Shown here one piece after another: positions 9,790 to 21,142 of a stretch of 64,000 bases of DNA. The notes below the pieces were generated by a model that saw only the letters and a program-made list of their open reading frames with translations, had not been told where the DNA came from and did not search any database. The position numbers were made by a program, and so were the translations under genes. The stretch's first letter is position 1; every line of letters starts with the position of its first letter. The stretch comes from Spongospora subterranea f. sp. subterranea (taxonomy: Eukaryota), in the NCBI GenBank assembly GCA_049724395.1, contig JAUGWO010000009.1, positions 124,001-188,000 of the forward strand, in the 5' to 3' direction.

Positions 9790-12336
9790 TCACGTCTTGT
9801 TCGTATCGGGGCCAACGGATTCCGGCTCAATCCCCATCAGGGCGCGACTGTCGTCTGCCACAGTGAATGGTTGGTGTGTCGTCCTAACCACGCGCTCCCT
9901 ACATCAACACCGCCATAAGCGACAGAATTGTTGTTGAAGTTCACGCCGTGGCTCACCATGTATGTCCGTTGGGATTGAGAAAGGTTGGACTTGCTGCCGT
10001 CACCTGCATCAACAATTAAAATAATTCACCGTAATGAGTATTCTATTTAAAATGATACCAGGTTGATTGGAAGATAAACCGTACGATTGTTAACTAAACC
10101 GGACGTGAAGCCGGTAAACCCAGCCATTGCACCGTGCTACAATTGCAAAATGTCAGGCATTATCTAATATTCAAGGCAACCCCCTGATTACCACAGCGTT
10201 TTGTGCTAGGATCATGCAATAAATTGAGTCGCTTGCATTTGCTGGTACACTCCGAATCTAAATACAGTTCACAAATCATTGCTCTTTTCTTTTCAGGTCC
10301 AAATCATGTAAAAATGACCATATATGACGGATTCGTTGTATTTGATGGACACATCCATCCCGATAGAACCGAAGTGATTTTTTAATACGGATTTCAAATA
10401 CAGGCCAATATCGTCAGGAATAACATTTCCGCTGGCATCTCGAATATTGGATTTCTGTTCGTTATTGTCGTTAAATACTCTAAAATTTACAAATAAAAGC
10501 GTTTGATTACCTTCAACAGGTTCCACCCAGCGCCCTCAGCAAGAACGATTGTGCAGTGGGAGTTTTTTTGAATAGCTATGATAAACAATTAAAACTAAGT
10601 GGTTTGGGATCGGTGCGGCGAAATTTAACCTTTCTGAATGTGGTTGAAAATCCCACCATCTCCTTCTAATTGTACAGGTATCTCAGCAATGAGACAAAGG
10701 TCCACGTCCATGCTGGCTATAGACTGATGTAAAGCAGGGATACCTCCTTTGAATCTCACAGTCAATTACCTAAAGTCGCATGGGCGGCAATGAACCCGGC
10801 GTACCGGCCCATGAGCTTTACCAGCCCGATACCGTTGGGCGTACATGATGCCTCAACTTGGGCGCTGGCTACCGCTTTCTCTGCCTCCTCAACCGCTGTG
10901 TTGAAACCAAAAGATCTAACATTGTCAAAATATCAGAATGCTTTATGACAGCACTTGTGATAAGACCTATCGATAATCCCAATATCATTATCAATCGTCT
11001 TAGGTATACAGACTATGGAAATCTTTAGCCCCCGTCTGCGTATTTCCTGCCAATATACAATCAGCGTTCTGTAGAATTTCCGTCAATGTAATGACCTCAT
11101 AGATGCAAGTGGCTCCACGGTGGGTTCCGTCTCCACCGATTATATAGGTTTGGGAAATATCATAATGAATTATCGCGGATACAATTTTATCTGAAGCGCC
11201 TCAGGCATCTGTCTACAGCATGATAGGTGTTGCACATACCTAGGTCAAATCCACCACGAGAGGAGCCCAGCATGGTACCCTGAAAATGACGATGAGCTAA
11301 CAATGCTCTTTTAGCCAAGGCGACATCAATTCGGTACCCCTGTTTTATGATAAGATTTCATTACAGTCGGCGTCAAATCCCAATAGGGGAGATAGTTTGG
11401 ATCATAAAATCCACGATATCCACATTTGATACCGTATATCTTATCGACGCTATAGTTATCTGATTCGTGTCAAATATTTAATTGTGGCCCACAGTTCAAT
11501 TGCACAGACAAATCTTCCATACAAAAAAGCATTTGAACCAGCTCGTGAATAACATCGTTTAGACCAGGGCATAATCCACCACACGTCACTATACAAGCTT
11601 TAACCTAAATGGGGACAAGAAATGAACAACCTGATCAATAATTCTGACTGTAATAACTGACCTGAGAAGGGCGATATGCCAGAAACGCACGAGGGCCAGC
11701 TCGCACAAACGCCGTTCCTGTATGGCTATCACTTGTGCGAACAAGATCACCAAGAATGACTGGATTATCGAAAACTCATGAGAACGTAATAAAGGGGTAT
11801 GCGACGAGGGAAAAGACCTTGATCGTCATTAACCGGTACAGAATATCCCTTTCTTGACACATTCCCTGTACGAGTTCGGAAAAACTCATTTGGATAGAAA
11901 TCAAGGTCGGGTAAATAATCGGTCAGTTTTGGGACCGGATGAACTCTGATCTCGTCAATATACTGGCTGATTTCGTTATATTAGCACACGTGATATCGAC
12001 GACAGTGCAGTGATACCCAGTAAAAATCGTTCTTGCCTGGACGTCTTCTGTGAACAGCTTAGCCTGTCCGGAATGGTACAGGCGCGCCCCTTTATGAACT
12101 TTACCACGATAGTCTGGATGCGCCTCCTCTAAAGATTATTATTGGGTCAATCCATGGATGTAAAACGTGTCAAGGAGCAAACCAGAAGCAATTCTTCGCA
12201 TTGGGGACGCATTCTGCGGCGCCTTACGACCGTACTCGAAACCAAGATGGGAAATAGAGAAAAGTGCAATTACTGCACTAAAAGCGACAGCAATTTCGCT
12301 CCATTCCGTACCAAAATCCCACAAACCGTCTACCAT
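9790..12336 (-). CDS. PFK: ATP-dependent 6-phosphofructokinase (plant/group X type), about 16 introns
   Basis: Manual splicing gives [118 protein letters not shown] and HGAMAGFTG, with the stop at 9790. GGDG plus PKTIDND fits the ATP-dependent group X enzymes. The start codon is tentative and there is one apparent +1 indel near 10335. Confidence 0.93.
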
Positions 12337-12649
12337 TAAGCGCCAAACTGCCTCAAAAGTATGATGAAGTTGGGGCGAATGAATATCCGCCAATACGTTT
12401 GTGTCGTTCATATCGGCATTCACTTTTAACCACACGCAATCCTGCTCATCCGAATCATTCCCACATAAGCAGATTTACCATATCGGTAATGTTTTTGTCG
12501 CCAAGAACGACAAAAACGTAGTAGCGCACATACCATTCGTCAATACCTTTGAGGCAATCTGCTGATAAAAATTTTGCCAGAAGGTGCGGGGGTTTGGGCC
12601 TGAATCAAGGAAGTCGCTGTCGGTTCAAGACTTTTCATCATGCTTTGGT

Positions 12650-12975
12650 CATTTTCCCGTCTTAGTGCCGAGTACGGTAGTATTTCTATATAGTTGCACC
12701 GACGCGCCGCAATTGAGTTCCCAATGCAACGAGTTGATTCTGTTTTGCTCCTTGACGCGTTTCACAATTATGGCGTGACCCAGCAGACGCATCCAGACTA
12801 TTGAGGGAAAGTTTGCAAAGGGGCGCGATACCCTTCCGAACAGGCTAAGCTGCTTACAGCAGACCTCCAGGAAAGAACTATATCTACTAGGCACATGATT
12901 TGTCGTCGATGTCATGTATGCAAAGAACTTGACGAGACCAACGTTCCATCTGGCCCCGAAGCTGACCGATCCGCT
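12650..12975 (+). pseudogene. Inverted, degenerate partial copy of the PFK 5' region (exons and introns)
   Basis: Aligns in reverse complement with about 11918-12255 (e.g. CAGCTTAGCCTG, ATAGTCTGGATGCG, GTCAAGGAGCAAA). It has in-frame stops and has lost splice sites. Confidence 0.8.
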
Positions 12976-13338
12976 CTCCATTTAAACTTAAGATTTAATT
13001 ACGTCCCTTACTTGCATGGTCAGAGGAATGTCGGTGATCCATTTCATCAACTACACAGTACCTTGTGCGAGCCATTGAGGTTTTTCACAAAAAAGTCAGT
13101 GTGTAACAATGGATGAATCCGAAATCTCACAAGGAACTGCAATTAACAAGGAAGCGAAGAATACCTGGCGTAGAACAATAACTGTAGGATCTTCCTTGCC
13201 CATACGTTATCGGATAGCATTGGGGACAGCGTTTCTCATCGTTAGACCAATACTGTGGTATCTCTTTTTCCACACGTTGCGATGCAATTAGCATAATGAG
13301 GAGTTTATTAAAGACTCACTCACATTGACAAGTGATTG

Positions 13339-13904
13339 TATCGTTTCATCAGCGTAGCGTAACACTGTGAGCGCAGGTTTGAGATATCAGTGGCCTGATC
13401 TTATCGTTTCATTAGCGTAGCGTAACACTGTGAGCGCAGGTTTGAGACGTCAGTGGCCTGATCTTATCGTTTCATTAGCGTAGCGTAACACTGTGAGCGC
13501 AGGTTTGAGACGTCAGTGGCCTGATCTTATCGTTTCATTAGCGTAGCGTAACACTGTGAGCGCAGGTTTGAGATGTCAGTGGCCTGATCTTATCGTTTCA
13601 TTAGCGTAGCGTAACACTGTGAGCGCAGGTTTGAGATGTCAGTGGCCTGATCTTATCGTTTCATTAGCGTAGCGTAACACTGTGAGCGCAGGTTTGAGAT
13701 GTCAGTGGCCTGATCTTATCGTTTCATTAGCGTAGCGTAACACTGTGAGCGCAGGTTTGAGACGTCAGTGGCCTGATCTTATCGTTTCATTAGCGTAGCG
13801 TAACACTGTGAGCGCAGGTTTGAGATGTCAGTGGCCTGATCTTATCGTTTCATCACGTAGCGTAACACTGCGAGCGCAGGTTTGAGATGTCAGTGACCTG
13901 GTCT
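13339..13904. repeat. Tandem array, 9 copies of a 63-bp unit
   Basis: Unit TATCGTTTCATTAGCGTAGCGTAACACTGTGAGCGCAGGTTTGAGAYGTCAGTGGCCTGATCT. Copies start at 13339+63n, and the first and last copies are slightly degenerate. Confidence 0.98.
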
Positions 13905-14085
13905 TGCGGAGACGCCGCTGATATCAACCAGTGTTAGCGGGGCCGCGCTTGGCCATCGTATCCTCATTGCCTCTCCGCAGAGCGTTGCACAATATTATTG
14001 CGGACAAGATATCATTGTTGCCGGTGACAAATTCTCCCCTCCCCCCGTCAGAAAACATTTCGGAACTGGTCGGCTCTGCAGGAAT

Positions 14086-15493
14086 ATGGACCTAACCGGG
14101 GCGGCGCTACAGGATCATCTTCGGTTCTTGGTGTCCGGAATTGGCCGGGGCGGCAGTCACGACCTTCTGCAATCGCTGCAGCAGGTATCAGCACAGGCGT
14201 GGCTAGAAATCCGCGCTGGGTCCGTCATTCCAGACATGATCGACGCGTATTCGCGCCATCTACCTGGCCTTTCTATGGATCTGTCAGCATTAATATATAC
14301 ATGTTGTCAAGTTCCGTCTAACATGGCTACGTTGACGGCAGCGTCGTTGTCGACGTGCATCACCGTGGTTGAAGTGGAGTTGCAACCTGTATCTATTCCT
14401 TCACCGATAACCTCGGTTGTCGAGCCTGGCTCTAGTCAAATCCGGAAGAGGCGCCGACGACGAGTTCCTGATGACACACCTGCAGAATGTGTCGCGCCTG
14501 TAGTATCACTTCCTAGTTCTGCTAGCTTGGCAGGGAAATGCCCATCACTACTTATGAGTTACAGCTTCGCCCGTGCTTCAAAGGATCACTCGTTCGCTCA
14601 AATGCTCTGTAAACAGTGCGACATTGTCGAACGTATCGCCCAGGTAGTCATGATCGACCTACCGCGTGCAATAGCCTGCCACGAAGCGGCGTTTCGTTTG
14701 CACAAGTGTCTGGTACTGTTGGAAAGTGTTTCCAACCTTGGTCATCCTTGGCTCGGTCGAGAAGGGAAATCCAACTTGATGAAGGCGTTGGTTTCATGGA
14801 TTAAAACTGCAGCAAGTCCCGAGTACAGTGTGTGGATGGATGGCGAAAGTGTTGAACTACCTACACATCGGCATTGGCTTCATCTGAGTTCATCCACAAT
14901 CGTTCGTGTCCTCACCAACATGACGAATCAAAGCGCTTGTGACGCCGCCGCGTTCCGGTCGTTGGATGGGCTGGTGATTGCATGCGATCTGCTAGAGCTC
15001 AGCCGTGATAGCGTCGGCATAAATGGGGTCTCGTGCGAAATAATTATATACACGCTCGCGTTGCTTATTAATTGTGCTGAGGTCGATTCACCAGCACAGG
15101 ATTTTTTATCAGAGGAAATGGTTCTTGTCGAACTCGCCGGCAAAGTGTTCTCGTCGTGGACCATAGAGATCGACCTACATCATAGCGATTGTGATCAGCT
15201 TGTTCAGGTATGGTTTATTTGCAATTGTTGTTGTGATGATATCTAATCCCTAAGTCAAGTGTCGTACCATCGCTGGATATCTGTCCCTAATGATCGCTGT
15301 TGTTTATATCGAGGGTGTTGCCTCTGGCCGAGCAAGTTTGGAGAAGTCGTTCTCAATGGCAATGGTCTCAAATATCCTGAAACAGTTCACATCGATGTCG
15401 AATATTTTACACTCTAAAGAAATGTCGGCAGAGATGGACAGGATCCATCGACAACTTGTGTCGTGTCTTACGCCACCGATCTCTGATGGTTAG
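14086..15493 (+). CDS. Helical-repeat protein, probably WAPL-like (cohesin release factor); in-frame intron 15208-15259
   Basis: A 386-aa ORF splices to the 15290-15493 ORF. DHLRFLVSGI, VRVLTNMTNQS, LALLINCAE and IAGYLSLMI resemble conserved WAPL-domain blocks. It also has a basic patch, RKRRRRR. Confidence 0.5.
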
Positions 15494-16069
15494 CAATTTA
15501 GATCTATATACTCATTATTGTAACTCTACTTCCTACCTTGTAATAAACATATTTAAGTTACCTGTTTGATTAGTTATTGCAGGAGAACAGGAGGTTATGT
15601 GCGAGAGCATAAATCAGATTTGTCAACAACCATAAGGACTGACGATTGTTTTTACATTGACCAGATGGACGGGGACAAATGGTGGAAGAGGTAGTTGATG
15701 AAGGTACAGTTAGTATTTGACGATGCACGAATAAATCAAGTTCGCGAAAACAACGGATGGCTTGGATCTGTTCACGACTCCGCTGTCTGGAGATCATCGC
15801 CAATATGAAACCAGCCAAAACACTTTTCTTGCTTAGAGAGTTCCTGACCGGCCCCGAGTGCCTGCGCTTGCAACAAAATTTTCAGTTCATATTATTCAAT
15901 GAACCAATTTCATAAGATGAATGGCTTGTCAAAGGCCCGATTCCACTCGCTCAATACAAATGGGGAACCTAAACAAAACTCCTGACGACGACCGATCTGT
16001 TTGAAATTGGGTTTAATGCTGCTGCGTACTGCACCACATGAACCATATGAAAACAACTTGGCAGCTTAA

Positions 16070-16210
16070 TTGGAAGCAGATGCTATCAATACAGTAGAGA
16101 ATGCCATCCACGGATTCGGACGATTACTTGACGAGCGTCGACCACGCCTTTGGCGCAAACAATTACATGCAGAAGTACTTGAATGGGAATGGCGTCACAA
16201 TTTGAATTTT
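16070..16210 (+). mobile_element. Possible IS1595/Merlin transposase C-terminal fragment
   Basis: INTVENAIH...KQLHAEVLEWEWRHN weakly resembles the N.IE...L..Y..EF.WR end of this family. Confidence 0.25.
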
Positions 16211-16520
16211 TCAATATTCTCAATTTCTGCCGAAAACTTGCCTTCACCAAGCATTATGGCATTTTTCGCAAAGTTTTTGCGTCAGCGTTGATCTCAGCTG
16301 TTTTTGATTTCTCCTCTTGGCTCAAATCGCCATGTTTCACGTGAAATTCTCTTCCGAAGAAACTACGGTGTTCATGCATTTTCAAATAAGATGTCAACGC
16401 GTCTTGGGGTTCGGAGTGCGCTTCGCCGTTGGAGTGTCGTTGATTCAAGATGCATTTGGACTGGCTTTCCGAATTTTTTTGGCAAGCCGGAGAACTTTTT
16501 TGGCCTTCGTACGGACTGAA

Positions 16521-17846
16521 CTACGCTCGTGTGTCTTCAATAAACCCTCTCACTTCGTTCTCACCCTTTACTGGTTATGGGCCCAGGACGCTTCTAAGCC
16601 TGCTTAATCATTACGTTGTGTGCCACAATAGTCGCCTCACGTCCCTGAATTTTTTCTACAGCATGGTTGCCGACGACGCTCCGCAAACTAGATCGCAGTC
16701 GATCTCTAATGTTGCACAACATGTTCATACACTTTCTCTAGAAATTGCACATATCAATCAAGTCTTAAACGACCCGCGACGAACATTAAGTTCGTGTCAG
16801 AAAATCCCGACAAACTTTGCGGGCCATTATGGAAATATGAAGAGGTGAAAGATTATCGGAGACGGGATTTTGTTGAAGTTTCAATGGTTTATTGGCCATC
16901 ACAATGGGTTTGGGGACCGTCGATTTCACCTCGCGCCCTGCGCCATTTTCCTGTTCGGACCTCGGGCGTGTGTTTCTGATCGAATAATGGTTGCTTGAGG
17001 ATCGGGTTGCAATTCGATTGTCATTCTCATTGGTCTGTTGGATAAGTTCTTTTAGGCTTGTTGTCGTCAATAGAATGTCCTCAATTTGATCGTTGAGACC
17101 TTTTTGATAGGTGAAGAGAGCAGCGGTGACATCCCATTTTGCATCTGCTAGTAATAGTTGGAACTGGGAAGCGTAGGCAGCGACCGAACGATTGCCTTGG
17201 CGAATGGAGGAGAGACGCGAAGCAGCTTTCTGGGACCGTAATGGATCATCGAACCGTAGTTTTGAGACTCTCCAGGAATGATTCAAAATTTTGCAGACAG
17301 GGGTCTTCTGATTCAAAAAGGGGCGACCACCAGTCCAGTGCAGACCCAACAAGCAAATTGCTTAACAGGCCCACACGGGACTCTTCCGTGAAGTATGTCA
17401 CCGGTTTTCGCTGAATAATCAGTTTTACCTGATTAATGAAGTTTCTGAGAAGATCCGTCAAAAGGATCCGGCAGTTTAACCTTCGGTTCCTGAATGATGG
17501 AGTTGGGGAGATCGGGTGGAGAATCGTCAAAAGGTTTGCTGTCGGGAAGTTTGTCGGGATTTTCTGACACGAACTTATTAAATGTTCGTCGCAGGTCGTT
17601 TGAGGCTTGATTGATATGTGCAATTTCTAGAGAAAGGGTATGAACATGTTGTGCAACATCAGAGATCGACTGCGATCTAGTTTGCGGAGCGTCGTCGGCA
17701 ACCATGCTGTAAAAAAAATCAGGGACGTGAAGCGACTATTGTGGCACACAACGTAATGATTAAGCAGGCATAGAAGCGTCCTGGGCCCATAACCAGTAAA
17801 GGGTGAGAACGAAGTGAGAGGGTTTATTGAAGGCACACCAGCGTAG
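16521..17846. repeat. Inverted repeat: arms about 16521-16817 and 17547-17846, spacer about 730 bp
   Basis: The peptides SINPLTSFSPFTGYGPRTLL and MVADDAPQTRSQSIS appear on both strands, and the DNA arms are high-identity reverse complements. Confidence 0.96.
16818..17846 (-). mobile_element. Gypsy LTR 3' part/leader plus gag, frameshifted and truncated
   Basis: MVADDAP...EPKVKLPDPFDGSSQKL.NFINQV...LLVGSALDWW...FDDPLRSQKAASRLSSIRQGNRSVAAYASQF...YQKGLN. An AATAAA lies upstream near 17825. Confidence 0.88.
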
Positions 17847-18279
17847 TGGCCAAGAAGTTTTTCCAGCAGAAAATAATTTGAGCACATGGTTTCAACTCCT
17901 GCTCAACTTTTAAACTCCCATTGGCGTGAAAACAAGTATTGCACCGCCTGCTGGTAGGCGAGGAAACCGACACCGCATTGGCACCGTTTGCACTGAAATC
18001 TGCCTTAGATTGCATCTGCGGCCAACAGTGTTGTCTTCTTGCATTATGAAAGAAAATTTCCCGCGAACATCGGGATAATGTACTAAGCAGGTATGCGATA
18101 TGGCGATCAGTATATCGAGCTAAGAGGCTGAGATCCGGAGGCATTTGGACAAACCTTGTACGTCTCGGGCAACTGATATACTGTAAACCACTGAAATTCA
18201 CGTCCTATCTGCAGGTTTTGGAGCGTGCCTCTGGCGCCGTCCCACGATACCAAATCGCTTGAACCAATTCATAAATGAG

Positions 18280-19730
18280 TCAACGACGGTTCCATGATCG
18301 GCGTTTGTGCAATGTATGAGTCCGAGGAAGTTCCGAAAAGTCGTTTTTCAAACCAGGTATTTTTCTTGGATATTCCCAATACTTCAAAGGGATGCATCTT
18401 CATGCGCGATAACGATAAACAAGTGCTTGTTCGTCGCGACATGACGTTTGACGAATCATCTGTACCGCGACATCGTCCACTTGAATTCACTGACGATCAG
18501 GATCCATAGGAACTCAGCCACGAACAGTACAAAATTACCACACAACAAAATCGGATCAAAGCATTTTGGATGCAAGCCGCTGCCACAATGATGAGACACC
18601 CTCAGACAATGGTACATGGACAGTTTCTATTCCCGAAAAGGACACAGGCCAATACGAGGAAAATGGATTCTTACCAAAAAGTTGGACAACGGTCATCCCA
18701 CATGTAAGATGAGATTCGTTGCCAGGGGCTTTACCCCAACGGTATGGTCTTGATTATACAGACACATTCTCATCCGTCTTATCTTAAACATCTATGCGAT
18801 TCATCGTGAGCCTTGCATCGAAACCGCCAATGTCCACTATCACGCAGAGACTTTTGAACGCCGTATTGAACGCACAACTGCTGGAGCCCATTTACATGGC
18901 CCAGCCAGAACGCCTCTTTCAGCCAGGGACGGAGAACAAAGCTTGCATTTTGAACAACGCCCTATCTAAAGTTAAAAAAGCAGGCCGTGCCTGGCAAACC
19001 CCTGTTCAAGATACAGAAAGACAGCCATTTACAACAGTCCGCTTACGAGCCTTGCATCCAACATACAGAATGAAAGACTTCGGAGATGTCAAGACGTTCT
19101 TAGAAATCGAAATCCTACACCATGAAGCAAACTCAATCATAATTTAACGTGCATTGCAAACCAGAACTCACACCTGCGATAGGTTGTGATATTACATACG
19201 ACAACATCGTGCAGAACACCTATCCCATTAGAGAAGTTCTAGGAGCACTCATGCTCATTTGGAACGTGATGCGACCAGATATAGCCTATACCTTAACAAA
19301 CTGAGCCGATCCGTGTCGAAACCAACAACACAACTCTGGAGGAACGTCCAACGGATTTTCAAGGACCTGAAGGGAACGACTATTTACGGGCTATTATTCG
19401 ACAGGCCTGATGAGACAATCACCTGTTATGCCGACAGACGACGCTATTGATCAGAAGTTCACAGCTGGATGGTTATTGATGTTCGGACGAGATATCATAT
19501 CGTGGCGATCAACCAAGCAGAAATCTGTGCCGCCGCTATCAACCACTGAGTCAGAATATATGGCCTGTTGTGATGCGGCAAAGGAACCTATATGGATGAA
19601 AAACTTATATGAAGAACTTATTCAGAAAACTTGTAAACCTGTGGTTATATTCCAAGATAACCAGAGTGCAAGAAATATCGCGGGAGACGAAGTTATGTTA
19701 ATGTTCGAATCGATGGGGCGTATCAGATGA
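18280..19730 (+). mobile_element. Ty1/Copia pol relic (post-integrase region, RT, RNase H)
   Basis: VRRDMTFDES, KWILTKK, RFVARGF, EPIYMAQPE, MKDFGDVKTFL, ISWRSTKQKSV..LSTTESEYMA, IFQDNQSA. Confidence 0.92.
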
Positions 19731-19785
19731 GAGGACGATCCTAAGCTACCTAACTTACTGTTGATCATATTCCTTAACTAAACGC

Positions 19786-20079
19786 TTAAATACTTGATCT
19801 TACGTTCATCCTAATCAATACGCAAACGGTTGATAACAAGGCCATCATTTTCGGGTCCTTAAATATTTGAGACTTTTGGATCATGGCCATCGAGGCACAT
19901 TGTCGACAATGTGGATCGAGAAAGAATTTCAGATTTCTATGGTCAGTGACAACATGGACAACGTCCCCACGAAACAACAAATATGCAAAGTTATAATTTG
20001 TCACTATAAAAGGGAAAACCTCCTTTTCGAGCATTGACCTGAGAAGCGCAGAATTTTTGAAATCGCCACCGTAACCCAT
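19786..20079 (-). mobile_element. Gypsy RNase H fragment
   Basis: LEKEVFPFI...VVTDHRNLKF motif. Confidence 0.7.
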
Positions 20080-21142
20080 TATGATTATTCCGACAAATCG
20101 GTTCTATTGTCGACAGGTCGATTTATCGTGATGCGTTTTCCCGTTTTATTCAGTGGGTTTGTGTCAAACATTTTACGCTTATCCAGATATACGATTTCCA
20201 ACCCGAAGACGAGTCGGTTGTTCTCTATATGGGGTGGGATCTATTGGCATCCTTCTACTGCCATCATATCTGATGGTAGCCGACTCTACCACCCTCATTA
20301 GACTTAACAACAAAATCAATCGACATCGCGTGAGTTGCCTACATACCTAGTTCATGGCGGAGGGAGGTGTTGAATCCAATCTCGGCCAGAATCCAACGGA
20401 AAAACGACGGAAATTTACAGAAAACATTGATATGAATACAAGAGAATAATCCTATAACACTTGTGAAAACTGCCCTTAAGTTCATCAGGATTGTTTGACT
20501 TCATCTACCTTGTTTGTTGAGTCATTGGAGGGTCAACACTTATCTAACCTTGAGATGACCGAGGAATATATTGACAGATATCACCTTCCTTTCTGTCTGG
20601 TCCAAGACAGCAATCGTGACCGAACTTGGAGTAGGTCAAAATTCAAACAACTGTTGACAGGACGAAGGCATTCTCTGACCAACGAGGTCAAATCCGTATA
20701 AAGCGATTTCATTGATTCTGTCTTCGCAATCACGTACTGATCATACTGTTCGAGAATTTTGGAAAACATTGGGAGGTCTTGGGTTGATTTTTTGCGAGAT
20801 GACGTCTTGCTGAAATATCAAATGGTGGCTCGTCCGATCCGCAACGATGGGACTTGAAGCTTTGACATTTCAGAATGCTGAATTGGGCATGCGCGAATTG
20901 GCAACCCCATTTTCGAATCCACTCATTTATATTTTAGCCACAGCGATGAACAAACCGGGTATAATATGATCGGTGACGCTTTTGAGCCATGGGGCCACAT
21001 GATTGGAATTTCGTTGAATTTACAGCACAGTTTGAGTTTTTATTCTGCGGTTTTTGACGTTGAAACAGCACCAACAAGAGCATTGAGATCCAATAATAAA
21101 CCGGAGTCTTTGTCGCTGAAAGCACAAATGTTAGTTACTTTT

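Noticed and set aside
11520..11545. LINE reverse transcriptase motif (KKAFE on + strand)
   Set aside because: It is the antisense of a PFK exon.
13339..13360. Hammerhead ribozyme core (CTGATGA...GAAAC on the minus strand of the array)
   Set aside because: CTGATGA overlaps GAAAC, leaving no room for stem II, and the internal copies read CTAATGA.
13339..13904. CRISPR-like array
   Set aside because: The units are contiguous near-identical 63-mers with no unique spacers, there are no cas genes, and the context is eukaryotic.
3652..17846. All inverted repeats being amplification or assembly chimeras
   Set aside because: Most arm pairs differ by many substitutions and independent deletions, which fresh chimeras would not show. 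This is not excluded for the near-perfect ones (3652-4758, 7383-7662).
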